A stretch of DNA of 64,000 bases from Kiritimatiellia bacterium (GCA_017463935.1 JAFUEM010000028.1:751-64750), one strand, 5' to 3'; positions 24,629-34,578 are shown, counted from the first letter of the stretch. The notes: generated by a model not told the origin, from the letters alone. Program-made: numbers and translations.

Positions 24629-27469
24629 ATGAACAACATCATTTCCCAGCTATTTTCAAGGAGCGACAGGTCTCGTTCCATAACCAAAATCGACGCATCG
24701 CTCAAGCGAAGCGATGCTAACAAACTCCGAGCGGCAACTGCGCTTAACATGTGCATGGCGTCCGTGTCCGAGATTATCGCCAAGAACAACCTTGTTGCGA
24801 TGGAACATGAATATAATACGATTCTCAATAATCTCAATATGGAGTCTATCATCAAGGATGAGGCTTTGCTTAAGGTTATGAGGAAGTTACTTGACACGAT
24901 TTCGTTCTTCCGCTTGAATGACATGGAGCGCAAGCGCCTTGAAGAGCGTCATGAGCGGAAGATGAGCGGATCCGTTCTGGATAAACTTCTCTCCGGGGGC
25001 ACATCACTCATCGTATGTGTCGGCAATCCAATCGCTCTAGCAACGACTGCTGCTGTAGTTGGAGCAAGTATGTATGCAAACAAGAGGAAGGAGGATGCGA
25101 AAGAGCGGGAGAAGTTTGAGGATAAAATGTGGGAGTTGGAACGTTCGGCAATAGAGCAGCTTCATGCGCTACGTGTCGAGCTATTTGAATGTGCCTGGCG
25201 ACTTTCGGATGCCTACGAATTCAAAGATGAATGGCGGCTTACGGAAAAACAGATTGATTGGTACAATGAGGCAAAGAGCGAATACGATCCATTTCTTCGC
25301 TTTGCAAAACTCAATCAGCGTCGCGAGGATTTTTCGATTTACCCGCAGTATTGGTACGAGCTAGGTTCTGCCGCGCTTGAAATCACACAGTTGCCTGTAA
25401 AGGATGTCGATTGTGAAGATGAAATCAAGAAGGCAAGACATGAAGAGATAATCAAATCCTATCTTGATGAAGCGAAATCATGTTTTGGCAAGTATATCGA
25501 CTGTGACCCGCATCTTCTTCGTCAGGACTTTTTCTCTGCGGATGCGCGTATAAAGTATATTAGCATTGTTAAAGAAGAAACCGGTGGGTGGGCTTCCGCA
25601 CTGTTGGCGGAGGGTGATAAGTTGATGAGCGTTCGCCGTCTTGCATTGGATAATTCCGAATTGTTGCTTAAAGTGGCGATGATCTATGCTGCAGCGTTTA
25701 TTGAGTTAAAAGCAAAGGCCGAGAAAGCTCCTGTCGATGGAAGTGCAGCACTCTCCGATACCGAGAGCGACGTTGTCGCCGACTGGTATAAACAGGCGGT
25801 GGCATGTCTTGAAGTTCTTGTAATGCGCGAGTCAATGCTGCCAGTTAGTTCTGTACTCCTGAGCGCTTTACAGAAGATTAATGATGATAAGGTTGCGTAT
25901 GAGCATATCTGTCGCATAAAAGACAGTGCTCGCAATAATAAGATTATTCTCGTTGACTATGATTCTGAACATAATATCGCAGAGACAGTAAAGAAGACGA
26001 TTGAGGAATATGGTAAGAAATCAGTTGCGTCTATTAAGACGCTTTTCGCTCGGTCTTACGGAATGATTCTTCAGCTTGCAGAACCTGCATTTAATGTGTC
26101 GGAGGATGAGCAACGCAAGGTGCTTCAGAAGTGGGCTTCGGACACCAAGGATTTTCATGTGGGAATGTTGCAGTTGTGGGAGTTGCTTAAAGGCGAATTT
26201 AATACCTTCTTCATCTTTGTCGGAAGAGAGTACGAGAAATGTCCGGCTGCTGACAAACAACTTGAGGAGATAGCTAAAAAGCTTAATGATACTTTCACTA
26301 AGGAAATGGATGTCGATAAGCCTGGGAGACCTGATGAAAAGGCGTCTGCCGTTGTGCGTGTTACGGATCATATCCGCAGAGAGTTTATATCCAAAATGAA
26401 TGATTTTGTCGAGACTTTTAACGGTGATGGTGATGATAAAGTTCCAGCCGAGGAGTTTCGAGGATCGTTGTCGTTCTACATTGATTCTGTGTGTTCTCGT
26501 AAAAGTATCATTAACATAAATAAGGATAGTCGGTCTTATGACGCTTGTCGTCTTGACTATTTTAGAGGAATCGAACCGCAGAGTCTCGAAGAAGACGAAA
26601 CAGACCAGTGGGAGCCATCGCTCTTTGGTGCGGATAGGGAATATACACAAGACGGTTTGGTTTTTGAGTTTACAAAGATTGATCACGCAGAATACATCGA
26701 ACGTCTCATTGATAAGAGATTGTCATATAGAGTTACGTTTAAAGAAGCTTCGTCTCCGTCTGAGTTGCGCAGACTCGTTGAGGAGTGTATGAATCTTCTT
26801 ATATTCAAATATCAAGGCTACAATGCCAGCGTTCGAGATTTGCGGTCTAAAAGGGATTGCGGCGGATTTTGGAAGAAAACAGGCAATTTCTTCGCGAAGT
26901 GTGGCAAAAAGATATACAATATTACAAATAACCGGGATTATATCATTGAGATTTATGATGATCGGATTGATGTGGCATATCAGCGAGTGAACGATAATGA
27001 GTCTGTTATGCCGATTGCGCTTCTTTCGCATCAAGCGCTCGAGCGCGAAGTGAAACGACTGCTTAATTCTTCGATAGGGAAAGGGTCTCCTGAGTATAAT
27101 CGCCTTTGTGAGGCATTCGTTCGAACGATTGACGAAGAATTCACGGAGATGGTCTCTGAATTTGAGACCATTAAGGCCAAGCTTAACGATAAGCAAGTCG
27201 CGAAGCAAAGAGCAAAGATTATGAAGCGTTTTGTGAAAGCCATTGGTGCGTTCTGTAAGAAGGCTAATGGCAGACACCTTTGGGCCGCTAAAGAGCTGAT
27301 GTGTAATCTCCTCGGTGATGTTCATTCGGGGCAACTCAAGCTTGATATCGTGTCTCGGAACGTTATCGATGATAGTAGTCTTACCGCAGCGCAATTAGAA
27401 TTTAAGGACAGATCCGAGATTGGAGAATCTTGTACGAATCCAGTGCCTAAAGATACAGAGACCCTGTGA
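24629..27469 (+). CDS. large (946 aa) hypothetical protein, one predicted hydrophobic segment near residue 130, low-GC composition
   Basis: AAGGAG SD 7 nt before ATG 24629; uninterrupted 2.8 kb ORF in the AT-rich island; no recognisable domain. Confidence 0.7.
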   Translation: MNNIISQLFSRSDRSRSITKIDASLKRSDANKLRAATALNMCMASVSEIIAKNNLVAMEHEYNTILNNLNMESIIKDEALLKVMRKLLDTISFFRLNDMERKRLEERHERKMSGSVLDKLLSGGTSLIVCVGNPIALATTAAVVGASMYANKRKEDAKEREKFEDKMWELERSAIEQLHALRVELFECAWRLSDAYEFKDEWRLTEKQIDWYNEAKSEYDPFLRFAKLNQRREDFSIYPQYWYELGSAALEITQLPVKDVDCEDEIKKARHEEIIKSYLDEAKSCFGKYIDCDPHLLRQDFFSADARIKYISIVKEETGGWASALLAEGDKLMSVRRLALDNSELLLKVAMIYAAAFIELKAKAEKAPVDGSAALSDTESDVVADWYKQAVACLEVLVMRESMLPVSSVLLSALQKINDDKVAYEHICRIKDSARNNKIILVDYDSEHNIAETVKKTIEEYGKKSVASIKTLFARSYGMILQLAEPAFNVSEDEQRKVLQKWASDTKDFHVGMLQLWELLKGEFNTFFIFVGREYEKCPAADKQLEEIAKKLNDTFTKEMDVDKPGRPDEKASAVVRVTDHIRREFISKMNDFVETFNGDGDDKVPAEEFRGSLSFYIDSVCSRKSIININKDSRSYDACRLDYFRGIEPQSLEEDETDQWEPSLFGADREYTQDGLVFEFTKIDHAEYIERLIDKRLSYRVTFKEASSPSELRRLVEECMNLLIFKYQGYNASVRDLRSKRDCGGFWKKTGNFFAKCGKKIYNITNNRDYIIEIYDDRIDVAYQRVNDNESVMPIALLSHQALEREVKRLLNSSIGKGSPEYNRLCEAFVRTIDEEFTEMVSEFETIKAKLNDKQVAKQRAKIMKRFVKAIGAFCKKANGRHLWAAKELMCNLLGDVHSGQLKLDIVSRNVIDDSSLTAAQLEFKDRSEIGESCTNPVPKDTETL

Positions 27470-27593
27470 TGAACTGTGTTGATGAGTTTTCCGACTTTAT
27501 GAGAAGAGACATCTATTTCATAATGCCGTACCGCTCTTCGTAATCGCAGTTGGGCTGTTTGTCATCGGCCTTAATGTTTAATTAACTATTGAA

Positions 27594-28200
27594 ATGAGAA
27601 CTTCCACCGATGACATCAAGAAGCGGCTCGGGCAGCGCGAGGATATGTTCTTGCGGCGGCTGTTCGGGATGCTTGCGAAGATGGCAAAGGCGGACGGCAA
27701 GGTCGATGCGTGGGGAACCCATGCCGCCGAGGGCGCGTTTGCTCGCTTCCCGCGAGCGGCGGCGCGGCGCAAGTTCTGTGTCCGTGTGTTCAACGAGTCG
27801 AAGAAGAGCCGCATTTCGCTTTACAGACAGGCGTGGGAGTTCTCCAACAAGTATGCGTCGGCGGCGGATTGCCTCGCCGTGTATGAACTTCTCTGAGATA
27901 TTGATTGCGCCACGGGGCTTCTGAAAACTGTTCACAAGGATAACCTGAAAGGCATCTGCAAGTACCTGAATCTTCCGGAAGCCTACTTCAACATCTACTT
28001 CCGCAAGCGTTCCGGGACATTCCGCGAATGGACGTACAGCAACCAGAAGGCGCAAGAAGAAACACATCGCTCAAAACGCAAAGAGACGCATGAGCGGACA
28101 AGGCGCGAGCCGCCGCCCCGTCCAAAGACGGCATTGCAGAAAGCCTACGAGCTGATCGGATGCGCCAGCACCGCCGACGATGATGCAGTCCGCCGTGCGG
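27594..28200 (+). pseudogene. DjlA-like (TerB domain + J-domain) co-chaperone remnant with in-frame TGA and truncated J domain
   Basis: 27594..27896 TerB-like; in-frame TGA at 27897; same frame continues ...PPPRPKTALQKAYELIGCASTADDDAVRRA then loses the J-domain HPD region. Confidence 0.45.
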
Positions 28201-28254
28201 TTGGCCTTGAGGAGGAGGTGCGACCGACCATGTTTTTGGCCATCCAGATTCGAT

Positions 28255-28276
28255 TTAACACGATTCTAACACAATC
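28255..28276 (+). promoter_or_regulatory. candidate Pho-box-like direct repeat (TTAACACGATT / CTAACACAATC)
   Basis: Two 11 bp direct repeats ~75 nt upstream of the Na/Pi cotransporter start; same locus encodes PhoB/PhoR-like regulators. Confidence 0.3.
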
Positions 28277-28350
28277 CTCACGGGCGAGTAACATGGATTT
28301 GGGAGAATCTCCGGCGACAGGAAAAAAAGACAACAATGACAGGAGGAACT

Positions 28351-30042
28351 ATGACAGGAAGCTTGCAGATTGCAGTAACAGCGGTCGGAGGGCTCGCGCT
28401 CTTCATCTACGGGATGGGGCTGATGAGCGACGGCCTCAAGGAGACGGCCGGGAGCAAGCTGAAGGCCGTGCTCGGGTACATGACGAAAAACAGGTTCTTC
28501 GCGATAGCGGCGGGAGCCGGGGTGACCGCGCTCATCCAGAGTTCCTCCGCGACAAGCGTCATGACCGTGGGATTCGTCAACGCCGGCCTGCTGTCGCTGG
28601 AACAGGCGATCGGCGTGATATTCGGCGCCAACATAGGAACGACCATCACGGGGCAGATCGTTTCGCTGAAACTGGACGACCTCGCGCTTCCGGCCATCAC
28701 GATAGGCGTGGCCGGGCTGCTGGCCGCCCGCGGCAAGTCGACGCGCGGGATTCTGCGCACGGTGCTGGGATTCGGCTTCCTCTTCTACGGCATGCAGGTC
28801 ATGAGCCACGAACTGAAGTCGCTGACGGAAATGCCGGCGTTCATCCGGTTCTTCTCGACGTTCGACTGCACGCCATCGGCGACAGGACACCTTCCGCTGG
28901 GGTGCGTGCTCGGCGCGATAGCCGTCGGCACCCTGTGCACGATGCTCGTCCAGAGTTCGTCGGCGACAATAGGCATCACCATCGCGCTCGCGGAGGCAGG
29001 GGCCATCAACATATGGACTGCAATCCCGATTGTCCTCGGCGACAACATCGGCACGACGGTCACGGCCGGACTGGCGGCGATCGGCACAAATGCAAACGCA
29101 CGGCGCACGGCGCTGGCCCACGCGCTTTTCAACCTGCTCGGGACGATGATACTGACGGCGTCGTTCGCCTTTGTGTTCACCGCGCCGGACGGAGCCGGGG
29201 CGCCCGCGTTCTTCCATCTGGTCGATCTCTGCGTTCCGGGCGACAGCTTCGCGGGCGCAAACCCGGGGCGCCACGTGGCCATGGCCCACACGCTCTTCAA
29301 CATCGGGAACGTCATCCTGCTCTCCGCCTTCATCCCCGCGCTTGCCCGGATCTGCGAGACGATCATACGTTCCAAGGGGGAATCGCGCACGCTCACACTC
29401 GAACCCAATCTGCTCGTCGCCCCCGCCCTGGCATTGCAGGCGGCCGCCTCAGCAGTCGCCGAGATGACGCGCCGCGCATGGACGGTCGCCTCGGTTGCGC
29501 TCAACAACAGCCTCGGCAAGACATCCGTCAATCCTGAGTTGATCGAGGCGGCCGAACGCGAGATCGATAAAATGCGCGAGCAGATAAAGGCGTACCTCGT
29601 GGAGATTTCCCAGCGCAAGCTGTCCCAGCGCGAGGCGCTGATGATCCCGGAGCTCATCCACTGCGCAAACGACGCGGAGCGAATCAGCGACCTGGCGCTC
29701 AAGGTCTGCCGGAAGGGTGACGTCGTCAAAGGCGGCAGAGCGGACCCAGGTTCCGTTTCCCTCGTAGCAGGCGTGGCGGCACAGGTCAGGCAGTTCGCCC
29801 ACGACACAATCGACGCGATGAGAAACGGCAAGCCGCCCGCCTTCGACCCGAAGAGCATCGACGGCGGAATCAGGTCCGCCGCGCGCATGGCGACTCTCGC
29901 GCTGTGGAACGACCAGCCGTCCCGCGGCGCGCACACGCGCGAGTACCTTGCGCTGGTGTCGGTATTCAAGTGCCTCGGCGACATTTCCCGCCACATCGGA
30001 AACATCGCCGTGCGGGCCAGGGGGTTTTCGAGCGCCGTCTAA
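28351..30042 (+). CDS. Na/Pi-cotransporter II-related protein with C-terminal PhoU-like domain
   Basis: Duplicated QSSSAT motifs, multiple TM segments, soluble C-terminal half; AGGAGG SD before ATG 28351. Confidence 0.85.
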   Translation: MTGSLQIAVTAVGGLALFIYGMGLMSDGLKETAGSKLKAVLGYMTKNRFFAIAAGAGVTALIQSSSATSVMTVGFVNAGLLSLEQAIGVIFGANIGTTITGQIVSLKLDDLALPAITIGVAGLLAARGKSTRGILRTVLGFGFLFYGMQVMSHELKSLTEMPAFIRFFSTFDCTPSATGHLPLGCVLGAIAVGTLCTMLVQSSSATIGITIALAEAGAINIWTAIPIVLGDNIGTTVTAGLAAIGTNANARRTALAHALFNLLGTMILTASFAFVFTAPDGAGAPAFFHLVDLCVPGDSFAGANPGRHVAMAHTLFNIGNVILLSAFIPALARICETIIRSKGESRTLTLEPNLLVAPALALQAAASAVAEMTRRAWTVASVALNNSLGKTSVNPELIEAAEREIDKMREQIKAYLVEISQRKLSQREALMIPELIHCANDAERISDLALKVCRKGDVVKGGRADPGSVSLVAGVAAQVRQFAHDTIDAMRNGKPPAFDPKSIDGGIRSAARMATLALWNDQPSRGAHTREYLALVSVFKCLGDISRHIGNIAVRARGFSSAV

Positions 30043-30082
30043 TCCACCACAGACCACCGTGCGTTTTGGTATAATACAAATC

Positions 30083-30766
30083 ATGAATCAGCCAAAGATA
30101 CTCGTCGTCGAGGACGATCCGTCCATCCGCCGCGTAATCGTGCTGGCACTCAAAAGCGCGGACTACGCGAAGATAGCGGAGGTTGCATCGGGCGATGCGG
30201 CGCTTGAAGCCGCGTTCAGGATGCGTCCCGACCTTGTCCTGCTCGATATCATGCTTCCCGGAATGGACGGGCTGTCGGTGTGCCGGGCTCTTCGGTCGAA
30301 TCCCGAGACGGCCGCTGCGGCGGTCGTCATGCTGACCGCCAAGGGCGCAGACCGGGACGTCGTATCCGGACTGGACGCAGGAGCCAACGACTACATCGCC
30401 AAGCCCTTCTCCAAGGACGTGCTGCTGGCCCGCATCAGGGCCGCGCTGCGGACGAGCGGCGCCGCAGACGCGACGCATTTGTCGCTCGACGGTCTCGTCC
30501 TCGACAACACCACCCACCGCGTCACGCTGGACGGAGCGAACCTGAAGCTCACGCTCACCGAGTTCAGGATACTGGAGCTGCTGCTGCTCAACGTCGGACG
30601 CGTGTTCGAGCGCGCGCGGATAATCGACCGCATATCGGGCGGGGAGAAGATTGTCACGGAGCGGACCATAGACGTGCAGATGGTGGGTTTGCGCCGCAAG
30701 CTGGGTGCATGGGCCAGACACATAGAGACGATCAGGGGAGTCGGATACCGGTTGGACGGAAAATGA
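30083..30766 (+). CDS. OmpR/PhoB-family response regulator
   Basis: MNQPKILVVEDD...; TATAAT at 30071; stop overlaps HK start (ATGA). Confidence 0.85.
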   Translation: MNQPKILVVEDDPSIRRVIVLALKSADYAKIAEVASGDAALEAAFRMRPDLVLLDIMLPGMDGLSVCRALRSNPETAAAAVVMLTAKGADRDVVSGLDAGANDYIAKPFSKDVLLARIRAALRTSGAADATHLSLDGLVLDNTTHRVTLDGANLKLTLTEFRILELLLLNVGRVFERARIIDRISGGEKIVTERTIDVQMVGLRRKLGAWARHIETIRGVGYRLDGK

Positions 30767-31977
30767 AAAGGCGTTTTGACAGAAGTCTGGCGGCCGCTGC
30801 CGCCGCCGGCGCGTGCATCGTGGTGTTCTCGCTGATCCTCTTCGCCGTCGCTCGCAGCTTCCGCTCGTCAATAGCGGAAATGGCGGAGTCCGGCACCCGC
30901 GTGACAATCGTCAACGCCGACGGATCGGTTTTCTACGACACCGACGACGCTACGGACAACCACGCAACGCGCGAGGAGGTGCGCCAGGCATTCGCGCGCG
31001 GGCACAGCACCGTGCTGCGCCACTCCGACACCCTGAACCGCGACTTCCTCTACTGTGCGCGCACGGTCGACGGCCGTGTGGTCAGGCTTGCCGTACCGTA
31101 CACAGGCGTGATAAGGTCTCAGCGTCTCGCCTGGGCCGGGCTTTGCGCCGCCGTGGCGATGGGCGCATGCGTGATCGCGCTGGTCTTCGTGGTGACACGA
31201 AGGCTGACAAGGCGACTCGACGAGCAATCCAAGAGGCTGGAGATTGCCGCCGCAAACGAGAGGTTCCGCCGCGAATTCACGACAAACGTCACGCACGAGC
31301 TGAAAAGCCCCCTGACGGCGATACAAGGCGCCGTTGACGTCCTTGGGGACGGATCGTGCCTTTCGGAAGAGGAACGCAAGGATCTGTTCGGGATCATACA
31401 CGGCGAAAGCGCAAGACTTGGGTCTCTTGTCGGCGACGTGCTTTCGCTCGCCCAGATAGAGCAGGAGGAGATAGAACATTCCCACGACTTTGCGGACGTG
31501 CCCCTGGCGGAACTGGTCGATGCAGTGGCGGCCCGCGAGCAAGCCAAGGCGAACGCCGCGCATGTGAAGATCGCGGTCGTGCGCAACGATGACGTCCACG
31601 TCAAGGGTGACGTCGGCAGGCTGGAGGAAATCCTCGAGAACCTGATAGACAACGCCCTGCGCTACTCCGGGTCGGACCGCATAGACGTTTCTTCTGCGGC
31701 CACGCCGACGGAGGTGACCGTATCCGTCACCGACTTCGGAATCGGGATACCTGCGGAGCACATTCCGCACATCTTCGAGCGATTCTACCGCGTCAACAAG
31801 TCGAGAAGCAGGTCGCTGGGCGGCACCGGGCTCGGGCTGGCGATTGTGAAGCACCTCGTCCAGCTGCACGGCGGATCGGTTTCGGTGGTCTCGTCTCCCG
31901 GACAAGGCACAACATTCTCATTCACTCTTTCGCGCCTGCCGCATCCAGCCGCTCCCCACGTCGCCACCTTGCTATGA
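30763..31977 (+). CDS. sensor histidine kinase (PhoR-like)
   Basis: Two TM segments, HisKA (THELKSPL) and HATPase_c (G1/G2 boxes DFGIGI, GGTGLGL). Confidence 0.85.
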   Translation: MKRRFDRSLAAAAAAGACIVVFSLILFAVARSFRSSIAEMAESGTRVTIVNADGSVFYDTDDATDNHATREEVRQAFARGHSTVLRHSDTLNRDFLYCARTVDGRVVRLAVPYTGVIRSQRLAWAGLCAAVAMGACVIALVFVVTRRLTRRLDEQSKRLEIAAANERFRREFTTNVTHELKSPLTAIQGAVDVLGDGSCLSEEERKDLFGIIHGESARLGSLVGDVLSLAQIEQEEIEHSHDFADVPLAELVDAVAAREQAKANAAHVKIAVVRNDDVHVKGDVGRLEEILENLIDNALRYSGSDRIDVSSAATPTEVTVSVTDFGIGIPAEHIPHIFERFYRVNKSRSRSLGGTGLGLAIVKHLVQLHGGSVSVVSSPGQGTTFSFTLSRLPHPAAPHVATLL

Positions 31978-33311
31978 ACGGCAAACGACCAACGCAAACC
32001 GCACGCGCATGCATCGCAGCGGCAGGCACCATCATCTTGTCGGCGACTTCATTCGGATCCTCGACCAACCTCAACGTGTCAGCCGGGGCGGATGTCCGCC
32101 TGCGCTACGACGGAACGGACAACCTCCCGACGACATCAAGGAGGGAATCCGTCCCAAGTGACTACGCACGCATCCGCATACGCCCGTGGCTCAAGGCCGA
32201 ATACCAGGACATCGGGATGTTCGTCCGACTGGCCGACGAATTCCGCGCCTACCGCGCGCCGGACGCGCTGTCGCGCAAGCAGCGCTGGCCTGACGTTCTG
32301 TTCATCGACAACCTTTACGTCGCATGGAACGGTGCATTCGACGCCCTCGACTTCAAGCTCGGACGGCAGGACATGTCGTTCGGCGCCCAGCGCATCATAT
32401 CGGACGGCACGGGTGGCGACGGATCGAGAAGCGCGTACTTCGACGGACTGCGCGTCACCTGGCATGCCGACGAGAAGCGCACCCTCGACATGTTCGGAAT
32501 CTACCAGACGTTCGACGACTGGCTTCCGACCCTCGGCAAGGAGCACGCCAACGGCGAGAAGCCGCACGACTACGACATGACGGGGTACGGGCAGGACGAA
32601 TACGGACTTGGACTCTACTGGCAGGACAGAGCAAATGAAGACTTCGGATACGACGCGTACTACGTGGCCAAGGGCGAACGCCGTCCAGCCCATGCGAAGT
32701 ACAGGAAGGAAGGCAGCCACGCCGACTCGCACACATTCGGCGTAAGGCTCCTCCCCCGGTTTGCCGAGACGCTCTACGGAGAACTCGAACTCGCCGGGCA
32801 GGTGGGCTCCGAGATAAAGCTCGCAGGGCAGTGCTACGCGGGCCTGACATGGAAACCGGAGACGGCATGCAAGCCAAGCCTCACTGGTGCACTGTGGTGT
32901 CTCTCGGGCGATTCTGACGGTGAACGCGGCAACACCTCCTGGCACGCCGTATTCAATCGCGAAACTGGGCTCGGCGAGTCCATCGCGCCAATGTACTCGA
33001 AGTACAACTACACCAACCTCGTCTACCCGCACCTCGCAGGCGAGTGCAAGCTCGGTGACTTCTCGAAGCTCGCGTGCCAGACGGGTCCGCTCTTCACCGC
33101 AGTGCGCGAGGACGATGCCGACGGATCCTACCGAGGGTTCTACGCGCAGGTCCAGTACACAATCCACCCCGACAAGCTGTTGGGCGCCGACATCCTGAAG
33201 GGAGGCAAGCTGTCGTTCCTGGCCGAGTGCTTCGACAAGGGGAACTACTTCAGGGGCAACAACGACCACACGGCGATATTCGGGCGCATCGAGCTCGTCT
33301 GGAAATTTTAA
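31974..33311 (+). CDS. outer-membrane beta-barrel porin (alginate-export/phosphate-porin-like)
   Basis: Signal peptide, alternating amphipathic strands, C-terminal ...ELVWKF aromatic terminus; ATGA-overlapped with the kinase gene. Confidence 0.6.
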   Translation: MNGKRPTQTARACIAAAGTIILSATSFGSSTNLNVSAGADVRLRYDGTDNLPTTSRRESVPSDYARIRIRPWLKAEYQDIGMFVRLADEFRAYRAPDALSRKQRWPDVLFIDNLYVAWNGAFDALDFKLGRQDMSFGAQRIISDGTGGDGSRSAYFDGLRVTWHADEKRTLDMFGIYQTFDDWLPTLGKEHANGEKPHDYDMTGYGQDEYGLGLYWQDRANEDFGYDAYYVAKGERRPAHAKYRKEGSHADSHTFGVRLLPRFAETLYGELELAGQVGSEIKLAGQCYAGLTWKPETACKPSLTGALWCLSGDSDGERGNTSWHAVFNRETGLGESIAPMYSKYNYTNLVYPHLAGECKLGDFSKLACQTGPLFTAVREDDADGSYRGFYAQVQYTIHPDKLLGADILKGGKLSFLAECFDKGNYFRGNNDHTAIFGRIELVWKF

Positions 33312-33377
33312 CGCGATCCTCACACGACGTTAAGCCGAAGTCCGCCTTGCGGTTGTCCTCGGCGCGCGCCCCGGATG

Positions 33378-33905
33378 TCAATGGCTGACAGTAAAGAGGC
33401 ATGCATGAGCAGAAGTGCGGTAGCATGCGTTGCACGAGACGCAGGTTGATGGACGGATGTCGCCGGATTGCCACCGGTTGATCAAGTTCGGTTCGCGGAT
33501 GAGCGGGCGGGACAGCGCGATGTACTGTATGCCGGTCTTGGCGAGAACGATATGCCGGTAGCCGCGCCGTTCGGCCTCGTCGAGATAGGCGGCGATATCT
33601 TCATCCGTATCGGTAAAGCGTTCATTCCACGAGCCGATCACTTCCTCCTTCTTTGTTAGGACGTTTCGCGTCTTGATGACACCGAACGCATTGCGCGTCT
33701 GGGCGTAGGCGAAGTCGACACCGGCGGCGTTCAGCGCGTCTCCCATATCATATCAGCGCGTCTCCCATATCATAGTAGAACGGATTGGAATAGAAATTCC
33801 CGTGTATGCCCGTGATGGCGATCACGAGAGTATCCGCCTTTCCGGGCGAGAGGAACAGCGCGCCGTTCAGCACCGTCCCCCGCCGGGTGGCGACGTTCAG
33901 ATTAT
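33378..33905 (-). pseudogene. alpha/beta-hydrolase-like gene disrupted by 17 bp tandem duplication (frameshift) and lacking GxSxG
   Basis: gatatgggagacgcgct duplicated at 33737..33770; deleting one copy joins ...NPFYYDMGDAL to NAAGVDFAYAQT... Confidence 0.5.
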
Positions 33906-33914
33906 CCATTGCTC

Positions 33915-34344
33915 TTATTCCATGCCCTGTGTCATGTCGGCGACGATGCGCGCGGCGGACTTCATTTGAGAGTGTTTCCAGCCCCATTTCATGAGGGCGT
34001 AGAAGACGGGATAGAGGTCTTTGCCTTTTTCGGTCAACGTGTACTCGGATCGCTTCACCTTGCCGTCCATCAATGCGCGGCGGCGGATGACGCCCTCGCA
34101 CTCGAGTTCCTTGAGGGTAGAGGAGAGCATGGCGCGGGTTATTCCAGGCAGTTGCCGCTGGAGTTCGCCGAAACCCGCGACGCCTGTGCAGAGGCGGTAG
34201 AGAACGTCGGCTTTTCAACGTCCGCGAAAAACGTCGAGCGCGATTCCGACGGGGTATCCGCCGTCAGGCGTCACCACGCCCCGACCAGACGTCATCCGTT
34301 TCACGAACTGACGGTATGTAAAAATGGTTTCTGTCTTTGACATG
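33915..34344 (-). pseudogene. HxlR family regulator with in-frame TGA at the conserved Trp of the GGKWK motif
   Basis: MSKTETIFTYRQFVKRMTSGRGVVTPDGGYPVGIALDVFRGR*KADVLYRLCTGVAGFGELQRQLPGITRAMLSSTLKELECEGVIRRRA... Confidence 0.5.
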
Positions 34345-34578
34345 CCGCATATTATACGACATCAGCCGTCAGACACGCAATTAGTATGAAAAAACATACT
34401 ACCCGCGCACCGCCAGGTGCGTTATTGCTCTTTCGAGTCGCGTCAATCAATGCGGAATAATCTGGAGGTCGTCGGGAACGATGATGTTGCCTGTGAACGC
34501 CTCGTGCGCTTCATTCGCATACCGTTCGCCGCGTGTTTCCAGTGCCGAACATGGTTATCCTGTTGCCGTCCATACGAG

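Noticed and set aside
27897-34215. UGA recoding (UGA read as Trp or Gly) to explain in-frame TGAs in the djlA-like and HxlR-like genes
   Set aside because: TGA clearly terminates adjacent well-defined genes (response regulator at 30764, histidine kinase at 31975, sigma-54 activator at 16794) and Trp is encoded by TGG throughout; pseudogenes are the simpler explanation.
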